Shown in pieces: positions 1 to 14,027 of a DNA stretch of 64,000 bases (its first letter is position 1; each line of letters begins with the position of its first letter). The notes beneath the pieces were generated by a model that was given only the letters and a program-made list of their open reading frames with translations, did no database searches and had not been told where the DNA came from. Made by a program: the position numbers and the translations under genes. The DNA is from Eledone cirrhosa (Eukaryota): the NCBI GenBank assembly GCA_964016885.1, contig OZ024742.1, positions 355,942,001 through 356,006,000 on the forward strand, read 5' to 3'.

Positions 1-636
1 TAGACACCAACATATGTTATAATAGACAGCTGGCATTAGCAAGAAGGGTAACCATAAAAATAAGGATTGCAGGCACACAATATTAAAGCTATTTAAATAT
101 TCAAACCCTGTTAGTTTCGGAATTACAAATGAAGTACAACAGTTTTACTTATGGCTTCCTTCATAGTTATACAATATATATATTCTCATTTATATATTTC
201 ATAAAAACAACAAATTACATGATTGAAATTTTGTTTGATATACAACATGTAATTCAAATGAACATTTGAATAAAAACAATGAATAAACTAAATGGAATTA
301 AGAAAACAAGAAAATCCGGTATTTTATATGAATATTTTGCTAAACAAAGAAACAATAAACAATGGAAATATTAACAGATGTGTTAATAAAAGAAAAAATA
401 TTTTAATCAAATTAAGAAGAAAAGAGCAATGAAAAAAAAATTGAGTTTATTTCCTTAATTTAATAACATAACAATTATCAAAATAACCTGACTTGCTAAA
501 TATTTTGCTGTTGAAGTTTGTTTTTAAATTCAATATGATAGAAGTAGGAAAATAGCTAGCTTAATCAATTAAATAAATCCCAAGTGTTGGCAATAGATGT
601 TTGCTTTGTTTTGTCAGAATTAATAAACACAAAGCA

Positions 637-792
637 ATATATATATATATGTATATGTGTATATATGTATATATATATTTATATATATATATATATGTAT
701 TGCATATACATACATATATATATATAAATATATATGTACACATCGATAGAACATTGTTTTTTCATTTGTATATATATATATATATATATATA
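637..792. repeat. Interrupted (TA)n microsatellite
   Basis: Direct reading; explains the IYIY ORFs at 561-954. Confidence 0.9.
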
Positions 793-839
793 GTTTCTCT
801 CTGTATATTTGTTTTCAAATGTAAATGTAACTATAAATT

Positions 840-985
840 CAATAATTGTTTCTACTTTTTGGCACAAGGCCAGCAATTACCCAGTACATTACTGGTACTT
901 TATTTTATCAACCCCGTAAGGATGAAAGGCAAAGTTAACCTCGACGGGATTTGAATTCAGACCGTAAAGGGACGTAACTATGCTG
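840..985 (-). mobile_element. tRNA-derived SINE with Deu/Nin-like central domain (family S1)
   Basis: Minus strand has box-B-like ttcaaatcc followed by gcctttcatccttacggggttgataaaataaagtaccag; near-identical copy at 12028-12215. Confidence 0.75.
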
Positions 986-1134
986 GATTCAATAATGTTA
1001 CTATGCCAAAATCACATTTATAAAATTATGACTTGGTTTAGTTTGTATTGAGGAAAGAATTTGCAAAGATATACTCTAAATATTATAGATATCATTCCGG
1101 AGAATTTTGGAAAACAAAATTTACATCTTCTACT

Positions 1135-1745
1135 TCTCCTTCTTCGCCCACATATTTTTGAGAGGGTCATGGGAGAAGAGTCCTCAAACAATTCTCGCAG
1201 CAAGTCCTGTCACGAGCACCCATCTCCAACTGATCCAGCTGGGTCTCCAAGCATGACCTCCCAAGCTCATGGATGTTATCCAACCATCTTACTCAGGGTC
1301 TACTCCTGGGTCTCCTACCAGTTGGTTTTGCCCATAAAATGTGTCCAGCAATTATTTCCTGAGACATTCTAACCCCATTCCCATAGTATCGGAGCTGTGA
1401 TCTCTCAATTCAGAGAAGTAGCAACTCTACCTGGAGTGACTCTCTAATCTCCAAGCTATGCACTCTATCGAGTAAAGATGGCCCTTTGGAGAAACTAAAT
1501 TTTGGCCACTTGCAATAACGATCATATCACTTTGGTCATTACCCAAGATACATGACCATAGGTAAGGTTTGGCACAAATACAGATTTGAAAATAGTGAGT
1601 TTGGCTTTTACACCTGCCTCCCTTCTTCTAATTATTGAATGCTGAAGCTGACGCATTACTACACCAGCTTTTGCAATTTTTGCATTTAATTCAGCCACCT
1701 GCTTTCCATCACTTGTGAGATACTTGAACTTCACCACCTGCTATA
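1135..1745 (-). mobile_element. RTE-clade LINE 3' fragment (decayed)
   Basis: ORF 1522-1737 (FKYL..G, KLTIFKSVFVPNLTYGHVSWVMT) is the RTE RT C-terminal region; (ctt)n tail near 1135; related copies at 41030-41200 and 54990-55500. Confidence 0.75.
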
Positions 1746-1979
1746 GTGATATAATCAAGGAAAAGGTTACAAAGTATTTCAAACATTTACTTTCATATAT
1801 CTATTGGCTTCTTACATAGCACATGACCTTGTTATTAAACGAAGAGAGAAAACACAGAAGAAGAAATGCATGGACATTTCATTATATTTTCATTCACCAA
1901 TCATCCAAAACTTGTGTAATAAAGAAAAGCAGGATCATTAGATAAAGTTATTCACAGACATTTAATACACATACATGTT

Positions 1980-2281
1980 CTTGATCGGATTTAGACATTG
2001 GGGTGGCCCAGGGATCTTCAGTTTTTGTGGGCCCCTCATACACAAAGAATTAGAATACACATGAAAACCTCAAAATGTACATGTCAAAGTTACCGCGGTG
2101 CAAGTAATTGGAATTTAAAAAATATATACAAACAGGCATTACATTAAAAAATTCTGTCCATCCTAAAACTAAAACGCCCACATGTGGACACAAATAAATT
2201 GCTACACCTTTTGCCTTTGGTGACCCGCCCCCCAGCAGGGGGCAATTGCCCAAGTTGCCCCTTCCATTTAATCCAGCCTTG
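1980..2281. mobile_element. hAT-type MITE, 302 bp
   Basis: Degenerate TIRs (cggattta / ttaatccagccttg), 8-bp TSD-like tacatgtt/ctcatgtt; same length and internal sequence as 11596-11897. Confidence 0.6.
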
Positions 2282-2726
2282 CTCATGTTACGTGTATACA
2301 TTTGTCAGTTGGCATCTGCCAAATATAATGTAAGAAAAAAAACAAATTCCAGTGAATTGATCTTCTTAATAAAAGTAATTCAACATTGTGGTTGGTACCT
2401 GGGGATAAATGCAATATAATTGACAGCAAGGGCAGAGTGTAATATGTGGAGTGGATTTCAGAATGAGTGTTATGCATCTAGTAGAAACCATTACACTAAG
2501 AGTTGAGTTAGGAGTGACTATATACTCATTTTGGTCAATTGTTGAAGTGTTGGTGGTTCAGTTCTTGTCACAGAGCTTTCTTTTCAATACAGACTATATT
2601 TAGGAGTGTAGACATATCTTAGATGTGAGAGCAAGGTTTAACTGTTTATCAGCATTGAACGAACTCAGCAACTCTTCAGATTTGAAGTATTTTCTGGCCC
2701 TGAATATGTATGTTAGTCTTTCAAAT

Positions 2727-5700
2727 GCAGTGTTGTTGTGTTACACATACAACACTGTTAACAGTGTGACAGTGTTTGCTATGTTACACATACAACAATG
2801 CTAACAGTGTGACAGTGTTTGCTGTGTTACACATACAACATTGCTAACAGTGTGACAGCGGTTGATGTGTTACACATACAACACTGCTAAGAATGTGACA
2901 GTGCTTGCTGTGTTACACATACAACACTGCTAACAGGGTAACAGTGTTTGCTGTGTTACACATACAACACTGCAATCAGTGTCACAGTGTTTGCTGTGTT
3001 ACACATATAACACTGCTAACAGTGTGACAGTGTTTGCTGTGTTACACATACAACACTGCTAAAAGTGTGACAGTGTTTGCTGGGTTACACATACAATACT
3101 GCTAACAGTGTGAAAGTGTTTGCTGTGTTACACATACAACACTGCTAACAGTGTGACATTGTTTGATGTGTTACACATACAACACTGCTAACAGTGTGAC
3201 AGCGTTTGCTATATTACACATACAACACTGATAACAGTGTGACAATGTTTGCTGTGTTACACATACAAGACTGCTAACAGTGTGACAGTGTTTGCTGTGT
3301 TACACATATAACACTGCTAACAGTGTGACAGTGTTTGTTGTGTTACACATACAACACTGCTAACAGTGTGACAGTGTTTGCTGTGTTACACATACAAGAC
3401 TGCTAACAGTGTGACAGTGTGTGTTGTGTTACACATATAACACTGCTTACAGTGTGACAGTTTTTGATGTGTTACACATACAACACTGTTAACAGTGTGA
3501 CAGTGTCTGCTGTGTTAAACATACAACACTGCTAACAGGGTGACAGTGTTTGCTGAGTTACACATACAACACTGCTAACAGGGTGACAGTGTTTGCTGAG
3601 TTACACATATAACACTGATAACACTGTAACAGTGTAACAGTGTGTTCTGTGTTACACATACAACACTGCTAACAGTGTGACAGTGTTTTATGTGTTACAC
3701 ATACAACACTGCTAACAGTGTAACAGTGCTTGCTGTGTTACACATACAACACTGCTAACAGTGTGACAGTGTTTGATGTGTTACACATACAACACTGCTA
3801 ACAGTGTGACAGTGTTTGCTGTGTTACACATACAACACTGCTAACAGTGTGACAGTGTTTGATGTGTTACACATACAACACTTCTAACAGTGTGACAGTG
3901 TTGCTGTGTTACACATACAACACTGCTATCAGTGTGAAAATGTTTGTTGTGTTACACATATAACACTGCTAACAGTGTGACAGTGTTTGATGTGTTACAC
4001 ATACAACACTGCTAACAGTGTGACAGTGTTTGCTGTTTTTCACATACAACACTGATAACAGTGTGACAGTGTGTGTTGTGTTACACAAACAACACTGCTA
4101 ACAGTGTGACAGTGTTTGCTGTGTTACACATGCAACACTGTTTACAGTGTGACAGTGTTTGTTGTGTTACACATACAACACTGCTAACAGTGTGACAGTG
4201 TTTATTGTGTTACGCATATAACCCTGCTAACAGTGTGACAGTGTGTGTTGTGTTACACATACAACACTGCTAACAGTGTGACAGTGTTTGCTGTGTTATA
4301 CATACAACACTGCTAACAGTGTGACAGTGTTTGTTGTGTTATACATACAACACTGCTAACAGTGTGACAGTGTTTACTGTGTTACACATACAACACTGCT
4401 AACAGTGTGACAGCGTTTGTTGCGTTACACATATAACACTGCTAACAGTGTGACAGTGTTTGATGTGTTACACATACAACACTGCTAACAGTGTGACAGT
4501 GTTTGATGTGTTACACATACAAAACAGTTAACAGTGTGACAGTGTGTGTTGTGTTACACATGTAACACTGCTAACAGTGTGACATTGTTTGCTGTGTTAC
4601 ACATACAATACTGCTAACAGTGTGACAGTGTTTGCTGTGTTACACATACGACATTGCTAACAGTGTGACAGTGTTTGTTATGTTACACATACAACACTGC
4701 TAACAGTGTGACAGTGTTTTCTGTTTTACACATACAACACTGCTTACAGTGTGACAGTGTTTGCTGTGTTACACATATAACCCTGCTAACAGTGTGACAG
4801 TGTTTGCTGTGTTACACATATAACCCTGCTAACAGTGTGACAGTGTTTGCTGTGTTACACATACAATACTGCTAACAGTGTGCCAGTGTTTGCTGTGTTA
4901 CACATATAACACTGCTAACAGTGTGACAGTGTTTGCTGTGTTACACATACAACACTGCTAACAGTGTGACAATGTTTTCTGTTTTACACATACAACACTT
5001 CTAACAGTGTGCCAGTGTTTGCTGTGTTACACATATACCACTGCTAACAGTGTGACAGTGTTTGCTGTGTTACACACACAACACTGCTAACAGTGTGACA
5101 GTGTTTGCTGTGTTACACATACACCACTGCTAACATTGTGACAGCGTTTGCTGTGTTACACATTCAACACTGCTAACAGTGTGACAGGGTTTGCTGTGTT
5201 ACACACACAACACTGCTAACAGTGTGACAGTGTTTGCTGTGTTACACATACAACACTGCTAACAGTGTGACAGTGTTTGATGTGTTACACATATAACACT
5301 GCTAACAGTGTGACACTGTTTGCTGTGTTACACATACAACACTGCTAACAGTGTGACATTGTTTGCTGTGTTACACATACAACACTGCTAATAGTGTGAC
5401 ATTGTTTTCTGTGTTACACTTACAACACTGCTAACAGTGTGACAGTGTTTGCTGTGTTACACATACAACCCTGCTAACAGTGTGTCAGTGTTTTCTGTGT
5501 TACACATACAACACTGCTAACAGTGTGACAGTGTTTGCTGTGTTACACATACAACACTGCTTACAGTGTGACAGTGTTTGTTGTGTTACACATACAACAC
5601 TGCTAACAGTGTGACAGTGGTTTCTGTGTTACACATGCAACACTGTTAACAGCGTGACAGTGTTTGCTGTGTTACACATATAACCCTGCTAACAGTGTGA

Positions 5701-6643
5701 CAGTGTTTGCTGTGTTACACATACAACACTGCTTACAGTGTGACAGTGTTTGCTGTGTTACACATACAACACTGCTAACAGTGTGACAGTGTGTGTTGTG
5801 TTATACATACAACACTGCTAACAGTGTGACATTGTTTGCTGTGTTACACATACAACACTGCTAACAGCGTGACAGTGTTTGCTGTGTTACACATACAACA
5901 CTGCTAACAGTGTGACAGTGTTTGCTGTGTTACACATACAACACTGTTTACAGTGTGACAGTGTTTGTTGTGTTACACATACAACACTGCTAACAGTGTG
6001 ACAGTGTTTTCTGTGTTACACATACAACACTGCTAACAGTGTGACAGCGTTTGCTGTGTTACGCATATAACCCTGCTAACAGTGTGACAGTGTGTGTTGT
6101 GTTACACATACAACACTGCTAACAGAGTGACAGTGTTTGCTGTGTTACACATACAACACTGCTAACAGTGTGACAGTGTTTGCTGTGTTACACATACAAT
6201 ACTGCTTACAGTGTGACAGTGTTTGCTGTGTTACTACATACAATACTGCTTACAGTGTGACAGTGTTTGCTGTGTTACACATACAACACTGCTAACAGTG
6301 TGACAGTGTTTGCTGTGTTACACATACAATACTGCTTACAGTGTGACAGTGTTTGCTGTGTTACTACATACAATACTGCTTACAGTGTGACAGTGTTTGC
6401 TGTGTTACACATACAATACTGCTTACAGTGTGACAGTGTTTGCTGTGTTACTACATACAACACTGCTAACAGTGTGACAGTGTTTGCTGTGTTACACATA
6501 CAATACTGCTTACAGTGTGACAGTGTTTGCTGTGTTACACATACAATACTGCTTACAGTGTGACAGTGTTTGCTGTGTTACACATACAATACTGCTTACA
6601 GTGTGACAGTGTTTGCTGTGTTACACATACAACACTGCTAACA
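2727..6643. repeat. 43-bp tandem satellite, ~90 copies
   Basis: Unit acactgctaacagtgtgacagtgtttgctgtgttacacataca; period 43 checked (3001 vs 3044). Confidence 0.97.
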
Positions 6644-6824
6644 ATGGTCATCAGTAATTGAGAAGTCTTAAATATAAAGCAACTCTGAGTTTTGTGCAAT
6701 AGGTTAAGAGAGTATTCCTGTATCTCATATGAGATATCTGAAAAGGTGAACATAAGGAGAGGGAGGGGGTGATCTGACTGTAAATCACTACAGCATGTGG
6801 GTAGACATAAAATAGCTGAAGATC

Positions 6825-7282
6825 ATGATGATGATAGTCATAGTTGTGGTGGTGGCAGTACTAGTCGTTGTTGTTGTTGTTGTTGTGGGACTGGCGGTGG
6901 GGGTGGTCGTTGACAACAACGATGACAACAATGACGACGGTGGTGGCGATGGTTGTTGTGCAGGTGGTGATGGTGATCATGATGATGATGACCGTGGTCG
7001 TAGTTGTGGTAGTGGTAGTGGTAGTGGTAGTCGTCGTCGTTGTTGTTGCGGTGGTGGTGGTGGGGGGGGGGGGTGACAATAACGATGACGACAATGATGA
7101 TGCCAATGACGGTGGTGATGATTGTTGTGGAGGTGGTGGTGATGATGATCGTGGTGGTAGTGGTAGTTGTCGTCATCATCTTCATCATTGTTGTCATCAC
7201 GATGGTGGTTGTGACAACAACGATCATGGTCATGATGAATATGATATGATGATAATGATGATGATGGTGATGATGATGATGG
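6825..7282. repeat. Compound trinucleotide repeat (GAT/GGT/GTT/GAC)
   Basis: Direct reading; yields poly-V/T/H/M ORFs. Confidence 0.9.
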
Positions 7283-8209
7283 TTAATTGGAAACTGTTTA
7301 ACTTAGTTTGGAATCAATCACGTATCAATCCTCTATCAAACTCCCATTTTTTTCTATTAATGTTGTTCTCTGAATATGAAAAAACAAAATTGGGAGCTAA
7401 ATTACAACACTTTGGCAAATCTAAGACATTTTATAATTTCTCATAAGTTTTTTTCTTATTGTGTTCTATGTGTAAAGGAAATAAGATAAGTATTACTTAG
7501 TCCTACATGCCATTTCTTAAAAGTGGCAATTCTTTGTCACAATTGCAGTGACTATTGTGGCTTTAGGTTTGTGTTGTTGTTGCTGTTGTTGGTGGTGTTC
7601 TTTTCTTTTGTATTTCTGAACTGGAAACACTTGTCAGGAATGATAAGGTTATTAGGTTAAATATATTCTAATCCTCACCACCATCTGACACTTCTCAATA
7701 GTTTTATGACATTTTTAATTTATTACCTCAGCACACATACTGGTTGCTGTTAGATAAATGAATTGGCTTTATAACAGCAGGAAATAAAAGACACAAGTGA
7801 GGTACTTTATTATGGTGAACATTGTTAATTTGGTATGATTAATTATCTATTACAGTGGGGGGTTCATTTTTACTCTTGATATATATTTTTTGACAAAAAA
7901 AGAGAAATGAAAACAGCCATTATTATTTTCTCTTTGTTAGTTTCTGATTACTGATGTCTTTTAAATACCTTTCCTTTTTACTTTTTATCATTTTTACATA
8001 GGAAAACTAGTGTGACTTAATAGCCATTTTTTATGGATATTGAGCGTACAAAAATACTTCACACCATCGAACAAATGAAGCTATATAAATTAGTTTTTAT
8101 CATTTAAATCATTAAGAGAAACATTACATTACATTTGCATTGATGGTCTCTTCTTAAATAAATATTTGGTGTAAGGTTACTTTTTACAGCAGTCTTGTGA
8201 CATCCCCTC

Positions 8210-8491
<282 letters not shown>

Positions 8492-9104
8492 TAGATGCAA
8501 TTCTGATATTGATGAAAGAAAAAAAGTTAATGTATGAATTTGTATTAATTTGAAGAGCAATCTATCAGACAATGAAACAATAAATAACAAAATTTCTTAT
8601 TTTATTTTTTGAAAGCAAAACTATTTCTCTCCATTATTCTGACATATTGCTGACCCATGAAGAAAGAAATAGATGTTTGTGCCAACCTTAATTATCTCCT
8701 ACATCGAAAGATACCTTTCCAATCTGTTTTTGATGAAATGTTTTTCCTCTTAATGTTCACCGTTCTTTGTGTATCTCATCAAAGTTTTTACTAATTACTT
8801 TTATTGGAGAAAAGATTCATCTAAATAGTGTGCAAACCATTTGTCTCATTATTGTTTCTAATAAACAAATAATAAGTTTTGTTGTTTCAAACCCTGTTCT
8901 CTCTATTTTAATCGACCTTCAGCTGATGTTTATCAGAATAATTTCCACACTTTTGTTCCATCAACACCATTTCTCTTATTTGAGTACAGATCATTCCACA
9001 TTATCACATTTAATGATTATCTAAGGTTAAAGATATTATCATAGAATCAGTAAATAGAATAGTTGTATTTAGAATATATATATATGTGTATGTGTATGTG
9101 ACTG

Positions 9105-9350
9105 TATTATCATCATCATCGTTTAGTGTCTATTTTCCATGCAATTACTATCATCATCATCAACATCATCGTCACTATTTTACATCCGTTATTCCTTGTT
9201 AGTATGGGTTAGATGGGTTGTCCTGTTGTGGGCAGTGTCCAGTCAGCTGACTTGGTCTTGCTCATATGGAACTGATTCTGGCTTGCTTCCTACAGATGGA
9301 TGCCCTTCCTAACAACAAGCTCATTTACAGTGAGTGCTGGTTGCTTTTTC
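9105..9350 (-). mobile_element. SINE family S2 (gttaggaagggcatccagctgtagaaa core, RTE-like tail ending in (GAT)n)
   Basis: Core motif plus tail; many other copies in the window. Confidence 0.7.
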
Positions 9351-9357
9351 TTTATAC

Positions 9358-9400
<43 letters not shown>

Positions 9401-9403
<3 letters not shown>

Positions 9404-9600
9404 TATAAAGAGTCAGGACATAATGGCTGAGATCGTGCCATTTCAACAGCTAGTTACAGACTCGAGATCTAGCTGTTGAAATGGTAAGTGCTTAGCCGTC
9501 AGGTCCTGACTCTTTATGATATGACCATACTTTACTACCCCAAGTATCAAGTACTCTGTTGAGTAATGGTCTATCCAGACTGGTTCTATCCTGATCTCTA
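9401..9600 (+). mobile_element. Hairpin-plus-tail mini-insertion in (TA)n, PLE-terminus type
   Basis: Inverted arms 9401-9453 / 9470-9522 followed by a unique tail sharing actac-c(c/t)caagtat-nn-agtact with 21499-21632. Confidence 0.6.
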
Positions 9601-9640
9601 TATATATATAAGAGTGGAAGTTAGTAAAATCGAAGTTGCA

Positions 9641-9667
<27 letters not shown>

Positions 9668-9673
<6 letters not shown>

Positions 9674-10190
9674 TATGTATACGTACATACATATATGTAT
9701 ACAGAAGCACAGTAGTATGTATATATATATACATACATGCACACATATATATATGTACGTATGGATTCACCGAACATTTATTATAATGCTCGGTGTGTTT
9801 GTAAACAAACATCCCGAATTAAGTCGTACAGTGTCTAGCAACCATCGTTGCTCATTTGTTCAACACTGACAAAGGAATGCTGTACTAGTTTCAAGCTTAT
9901 TAGCTATCGTCAGCAACGTATACCTTCCTGCCAGATGATTGAACGTCTGAAAGTATATACTTTCCTTGTGCATATTAATGGCTGAGCAGCCTAATTTGCA
10001 TATCGAGTGCGTTAATCGGCCGGGGTACCGAAAACGATAAACGGAAAATTGAAAAGAAATTTCATTTCTCACTCTTAGTACGGCTGTTACTTAAATATAA
10101 GTATATATACGTACATACATATATGTATACATATATGTAACAGCCATACTACGAGTGAGGAATGAAATTTCTTTTCATTTTTTCCGTTTA
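9668..10190 (-). mobile_element. Non-coding hammerhead-bearing mini-element, ~428-nt unit with terminal repeat and short inverted arm
   Basis: Direct repeat at 9671 and 10099; inverted repeat 10038-10090 / 10137-10190; flanked by (TA)n. Confidence 0.65.
9879..9917 (-). ncRNA. Type I hammerhead ribozyme (minimal)
   Basis: gttg CUGACGA u agc-uaauaa-gcu u GAAAC UA GUA^ cagc; palindromic stem III ACUAGU. Confidence 0.8.
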
Positions 10191-10209
10191 TATATATATA
10201 CATATATAT

Positions 10210-10462
10210 CGTGTAGGTGTCACGACAAAAAAACACACAGTCCACGCTGTAATGTGGCCGTGTAGGCAACACGGTAAAAACCTCCCAGACCCACACTGTA
10301 AATGTGGTTGGTGTTAGGAAGGGCATCCAACTGTAGAAAACCCGCCAGACAGTCCTATGCGAGCAAGACAATCACTCTTGCCTCAAGTGGGAATTCCCCC
10401 GTACAAACCCATGCAAGCGTGGAACACGGACGTTAAACGTTGATGATGATGATGATGATGAT
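10210..10462 (+). mobile_element. SINE family S2
   Basis: ggtgttaggaagggcatccaactgtagaaa core; tail cccatgcaagcgtggaacacggacgttaaac(gat)n; close relative at 59910-60163. Confidence 0.8.
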
Positions 10463-10496
10463 ATACATATATATATATATATATATATAAATATAT

Positions 10497-10543
<47 letters not shown>

Positions 10544-11595
10544 AAATAAATTAAGATTAAATAATTTTTGGATACAAACTTATGGTTACTACTTACATGC
10601 GTTATATATATATATTTGTATATATATATATATATCATCATCATCACATTTTAATGTCCATTTGTCCATGCTAGATGGGTTTTATATATATATATATATA
10701 TATATTTGTGTGTATGTGTGTGTGTGGAGTTTCCTATTTAATATTAAAATAAATGCTTTACAACTCACATTGCTACATGCAGGGAAAGGATATCCAGCAT
10801 TAGATACTTGGCTGGAACACAAACCTTTATTCAATTAGGTGAACAGTAATTTTGAATAAGAATTGATGTCGTCCAAAAATAGACAACAGAAGATTATGGA
10901 CCAATATTTACATTTATATTCTTTAAATTATTTGTGTAATTCCCTCCCTCTTCCTTCCATTGCCTGATTTCTTTATTCTTTTAATTCTTTTCATTTCTTT
11001 TTTGCCTCTGAAGGATTTTTTTTTTTGTAGAAACTACTTTGTAAAATTAGCAACATATTTTCAGAATTCATTAAATGGAGGAAAATCAACATCATCATCA
11101 TCATATAGAAAAAACAGAATTATTGTCAACAGAATATTATCATTCTGTCACCTTATCCTTCTCCTGCACAGTTTGACTCCACATGTGTTTATTCATCATC
11201 TCCTCTGAAAAACGTCAGTGATTTGAGATCAGCCAGCTCCCACCAAATCTGGTCATGCCATTGCTTTTTATTACTTCTGCATCTTTTTCAAGGGGTTCTT
11301 TTGACACTTTTTTACCCAAAGGTCATTATACCTATACATCCTGTTTCCACACCACTAGAATATTCTCTCCTATCCTCTGTACTTCATCTAATATTACACA
11401 CCCATCAGAGCATGCTCAATTAATTTCTGCCCAATTCTCACTACAAAGCAACATCATATAACTTGCCCTCTCTTCAGAAAGAAAATCTCTTTGATTAACA
11501 GTGGCAGTAACTACCAGAACATTTGCTACCCTCTTCTTATTCTAGGTACAAATCTTTTAGGATAACATACTCCACTGCTGATTAGGTCACATAGG

Positions 11596-11897
11596 CATGG
11601 CCATATTTAGAGACATTGTATTGCCCGGGTCACTTCAGGTTTGCCCCTCTCCCCTTTTACACAAAAAGTTAGAATATACAGCAAACTCCCAATTTTATGT
11701 ACCAAAGTCAGCTTGGCGCAACTAATTGGAATTGGAAAATTATTCATACGAGTATTACATTTAAATAATCTAACAATCGTCAAACTAAAAACTCAACTGA
11801 GAGCACAAATAAATTGCTATGAGTGTCACTTCTAGGGCTCGATCTACAGGGGGCCTGGGGTAATTTCCTCCTTTTACCCTTATTAAATCCAGCCCTG
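11596..11897. mobile_element. hAT-type MITE, 302 bp
   Basis: TIRs catggccatattta / taaatccagccctg; 8-bp TSD cacatagg/cacatcgg. Confidence 0.75.
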
Positions 11898-12027
11898 CAC
11901 ATCGGCATTAGAAGCCATCATCTACTTCTACCATATGATAACTTCTACTTGTATGATACCTTCCTGGTATTGGAAAAATATATTTCAATGGTGCTCGTAC
12001 TACCAACGATCCCAGTGTAACTGCCAT

Positions 12028-12215
12028 AAATAATTGTTTCTACTTTTGGCACAAGGCCAGCAATTACCCAGTACATTACTGGTACTTTATTTTATCGACC
12101 CCGTAAGGATGAAAGGCAAAGTTAACCTCGGTGAGGATTTGAACTCAGAATGGCAAGGGCCATAACTCTATGCATCAAAGCTTGGTGTCCGATCCTCTAC
12201 CGATACTGCCAATAA
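12028..12215 (-). mobile_element. SINE family S1 (Deu/Nin-like)
   Basis: Near-identical to 840-985. Confidence 0.8.
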
Positions 12216-12704
12216 TGTCAACCATTTCTGTTAACTTGCCTGCTATCTCACTACATCAATTGTATACCTTAATTATTTCTTTTCTACATATCATTGACAA
12301 CCAATTCCTGGGTGGTATTGAATTCTAGTCTTTTTTCTCATATACTAAAACTTTGGTTTTCCTTATTTTACTCTGAGCCCCCTTGTTTCTAAGTTCTGCT
12401 TCCAAAGCAAGGATTTCATTCTCTTGCTTTTCCACAGAATCAACTGTAAGGACTTGTGTTCTGTAAATCAGAAATTATTCTTACAACCTAAAACTTCATA
12501 ATAATATTGATAAAATATAGTACTTATCTGACTTGCCAGAAATAGCAGTCAGATTTGACTCAAATCACACCCCTGTATATTCTAAAAGGGAATGTTACTG
12601 TTGATACTCAAAAATGATATTGGTATAACTTGAATAAAACTAGATATAGGTTTGTTTAATTATAATTGACATATGGGCTAAATAATAACAGAACACTTAA
12701 TGTG

Positions 12705-12862
12705 ACATGCATTAGGAAGACACTCCACCTCTAGAAACCAAGCCAGTGGCATTTCTGTATGAGCAATACATAGTCACCTGACCCAATCTGTCACAAATGG
12801 GACAACACATCTAACCTATGACATGGAAAATAGACATTAAATGTTGATGATGATGATGATAA
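12705..12862 (+). mobile_element. SINE family S2, decayed 3' part
   Basis: attaggaagacactccacctctagaaa core variant and catggaaaatagacattaaatgtt(gat)n tail. Confidence 0.6.
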
Positions 12863-12889
12863 CAAAATGTTAATTGTTATTAATTTAGA

Positions 12890-13065
12890 GAAGAGGAGAA
12901 TATCTATCATATCGTCCCCAGTACTTTACTGATATAGTATTTTGTTGAACCTAAAATGATAAAAAGCAAAGCTGGCAGAATTTGAACTAAGTACTCAGAA
13001 CCTACAGAACTGGAATAAATATCAAAACGCATTTTACCCAATGCTCCTCAAATTCTGCCAACACA
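12890..13065 (-). mobile_element. SINE family S1, decayed
   Basis: ccccagtactttactg...gcaaagctggcagaatttgaact. Confidence 0.55.
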
Positions 13066-14027
13066 CCATGCTATTAGCACTTCAGAAGTGATCTTATATT
13101 TTCATGTTTTTAGTTTAAGGAAACACAACTTTAAGATGTATCATGAGCTTTTATTCTCCAAGATAATTAATGCATTAAAAATGAAGATTCTGACAAATTC
13201 TCACCTGCCTTAGATTCATGCTATAATGGTTTCTATATTCACATATTAACTAGAACAATTATATAAACATAAATCTTTCCAGTCATTAAAATTAAAGATC
13301 AATATATTTCATATTTTTCTCATTTGTAGCTTGGGGCTTTTTCGGAACACTTTTAAAATATGTTACTCATTAGAGCTAAAATTGGTCATAATAATAGTAG
13401 ATAGATAGAGAGTGGAAAGAATTCAAGACTATATTTATAGTGTTTATGTTTTCTAATATTTACAATTTTATTCTACAGCTTGAAGCAAAATAGATTGTAA
13501 ACAGGGCATTGACTGTCACAGTTTAAGTGTAAGCCAATCAGCTGGAGTTAATCGTAGAATCGAATATTTATGTGCAGAAAATATGAGGATAAAACGTGAA
13601 ATTGAATATTTATTTTTGTTTTTCATTAAAAAAGACATTCAAAATATTTATCACATAAACATACAGGAGATATAGGTTAATTAAAATTCTGTGTCTTACT
13701 ATTAGATTTCCAATAATTTATTAATCAGCTAACCTTTTATGTAAAGGCAGCAAATTCAAAGCTAATAGTCATCATAAAATTTGCATTTAGTTAAATTAAT
13801 AGAGATTGGTGAGAGAGCTTGTCAATATAGAAATAGCAACTCAATCTTTGATACAGTCTTCTAACTGTGAAAACATTCATTTAACACTTAACATATATAT
13901 ATAGTATATGCACTATAAGATGGTGTAATCCCAAAATTGGATTGGTTATAGTGCCAAGATCTTGCTTTCACATCCAACCCAATTTGGTGGAGCTAGTGCC
14001 ATGACAAGGATGCATTAGAGGGAGTTT

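Larger units (their letters stand above)
11090..12450 (-). mobile_element. Decayed RTE LINE interrupted by a MITE and a SINE
   Basis: Minus-strand remnants resembling RTE RT C-terminus (LGDL.SSG, MLxWMCN, GRPKKT-like) and (gat)n tail at ~11090. Confidence 0.55.

Noticed and set aside
2727-6643. CRISPR-like array or Cys-rich ORF 6267-6563
   Set aside because: Contiguous tandem units with no unique spacers, no cas genes, eukaryotic context; the ORF is a translation of the repeat
6825-7446. Poly-V/T/H/G ORFs
   Set aside because: Trinucleotide repeat open in several frames on both strands
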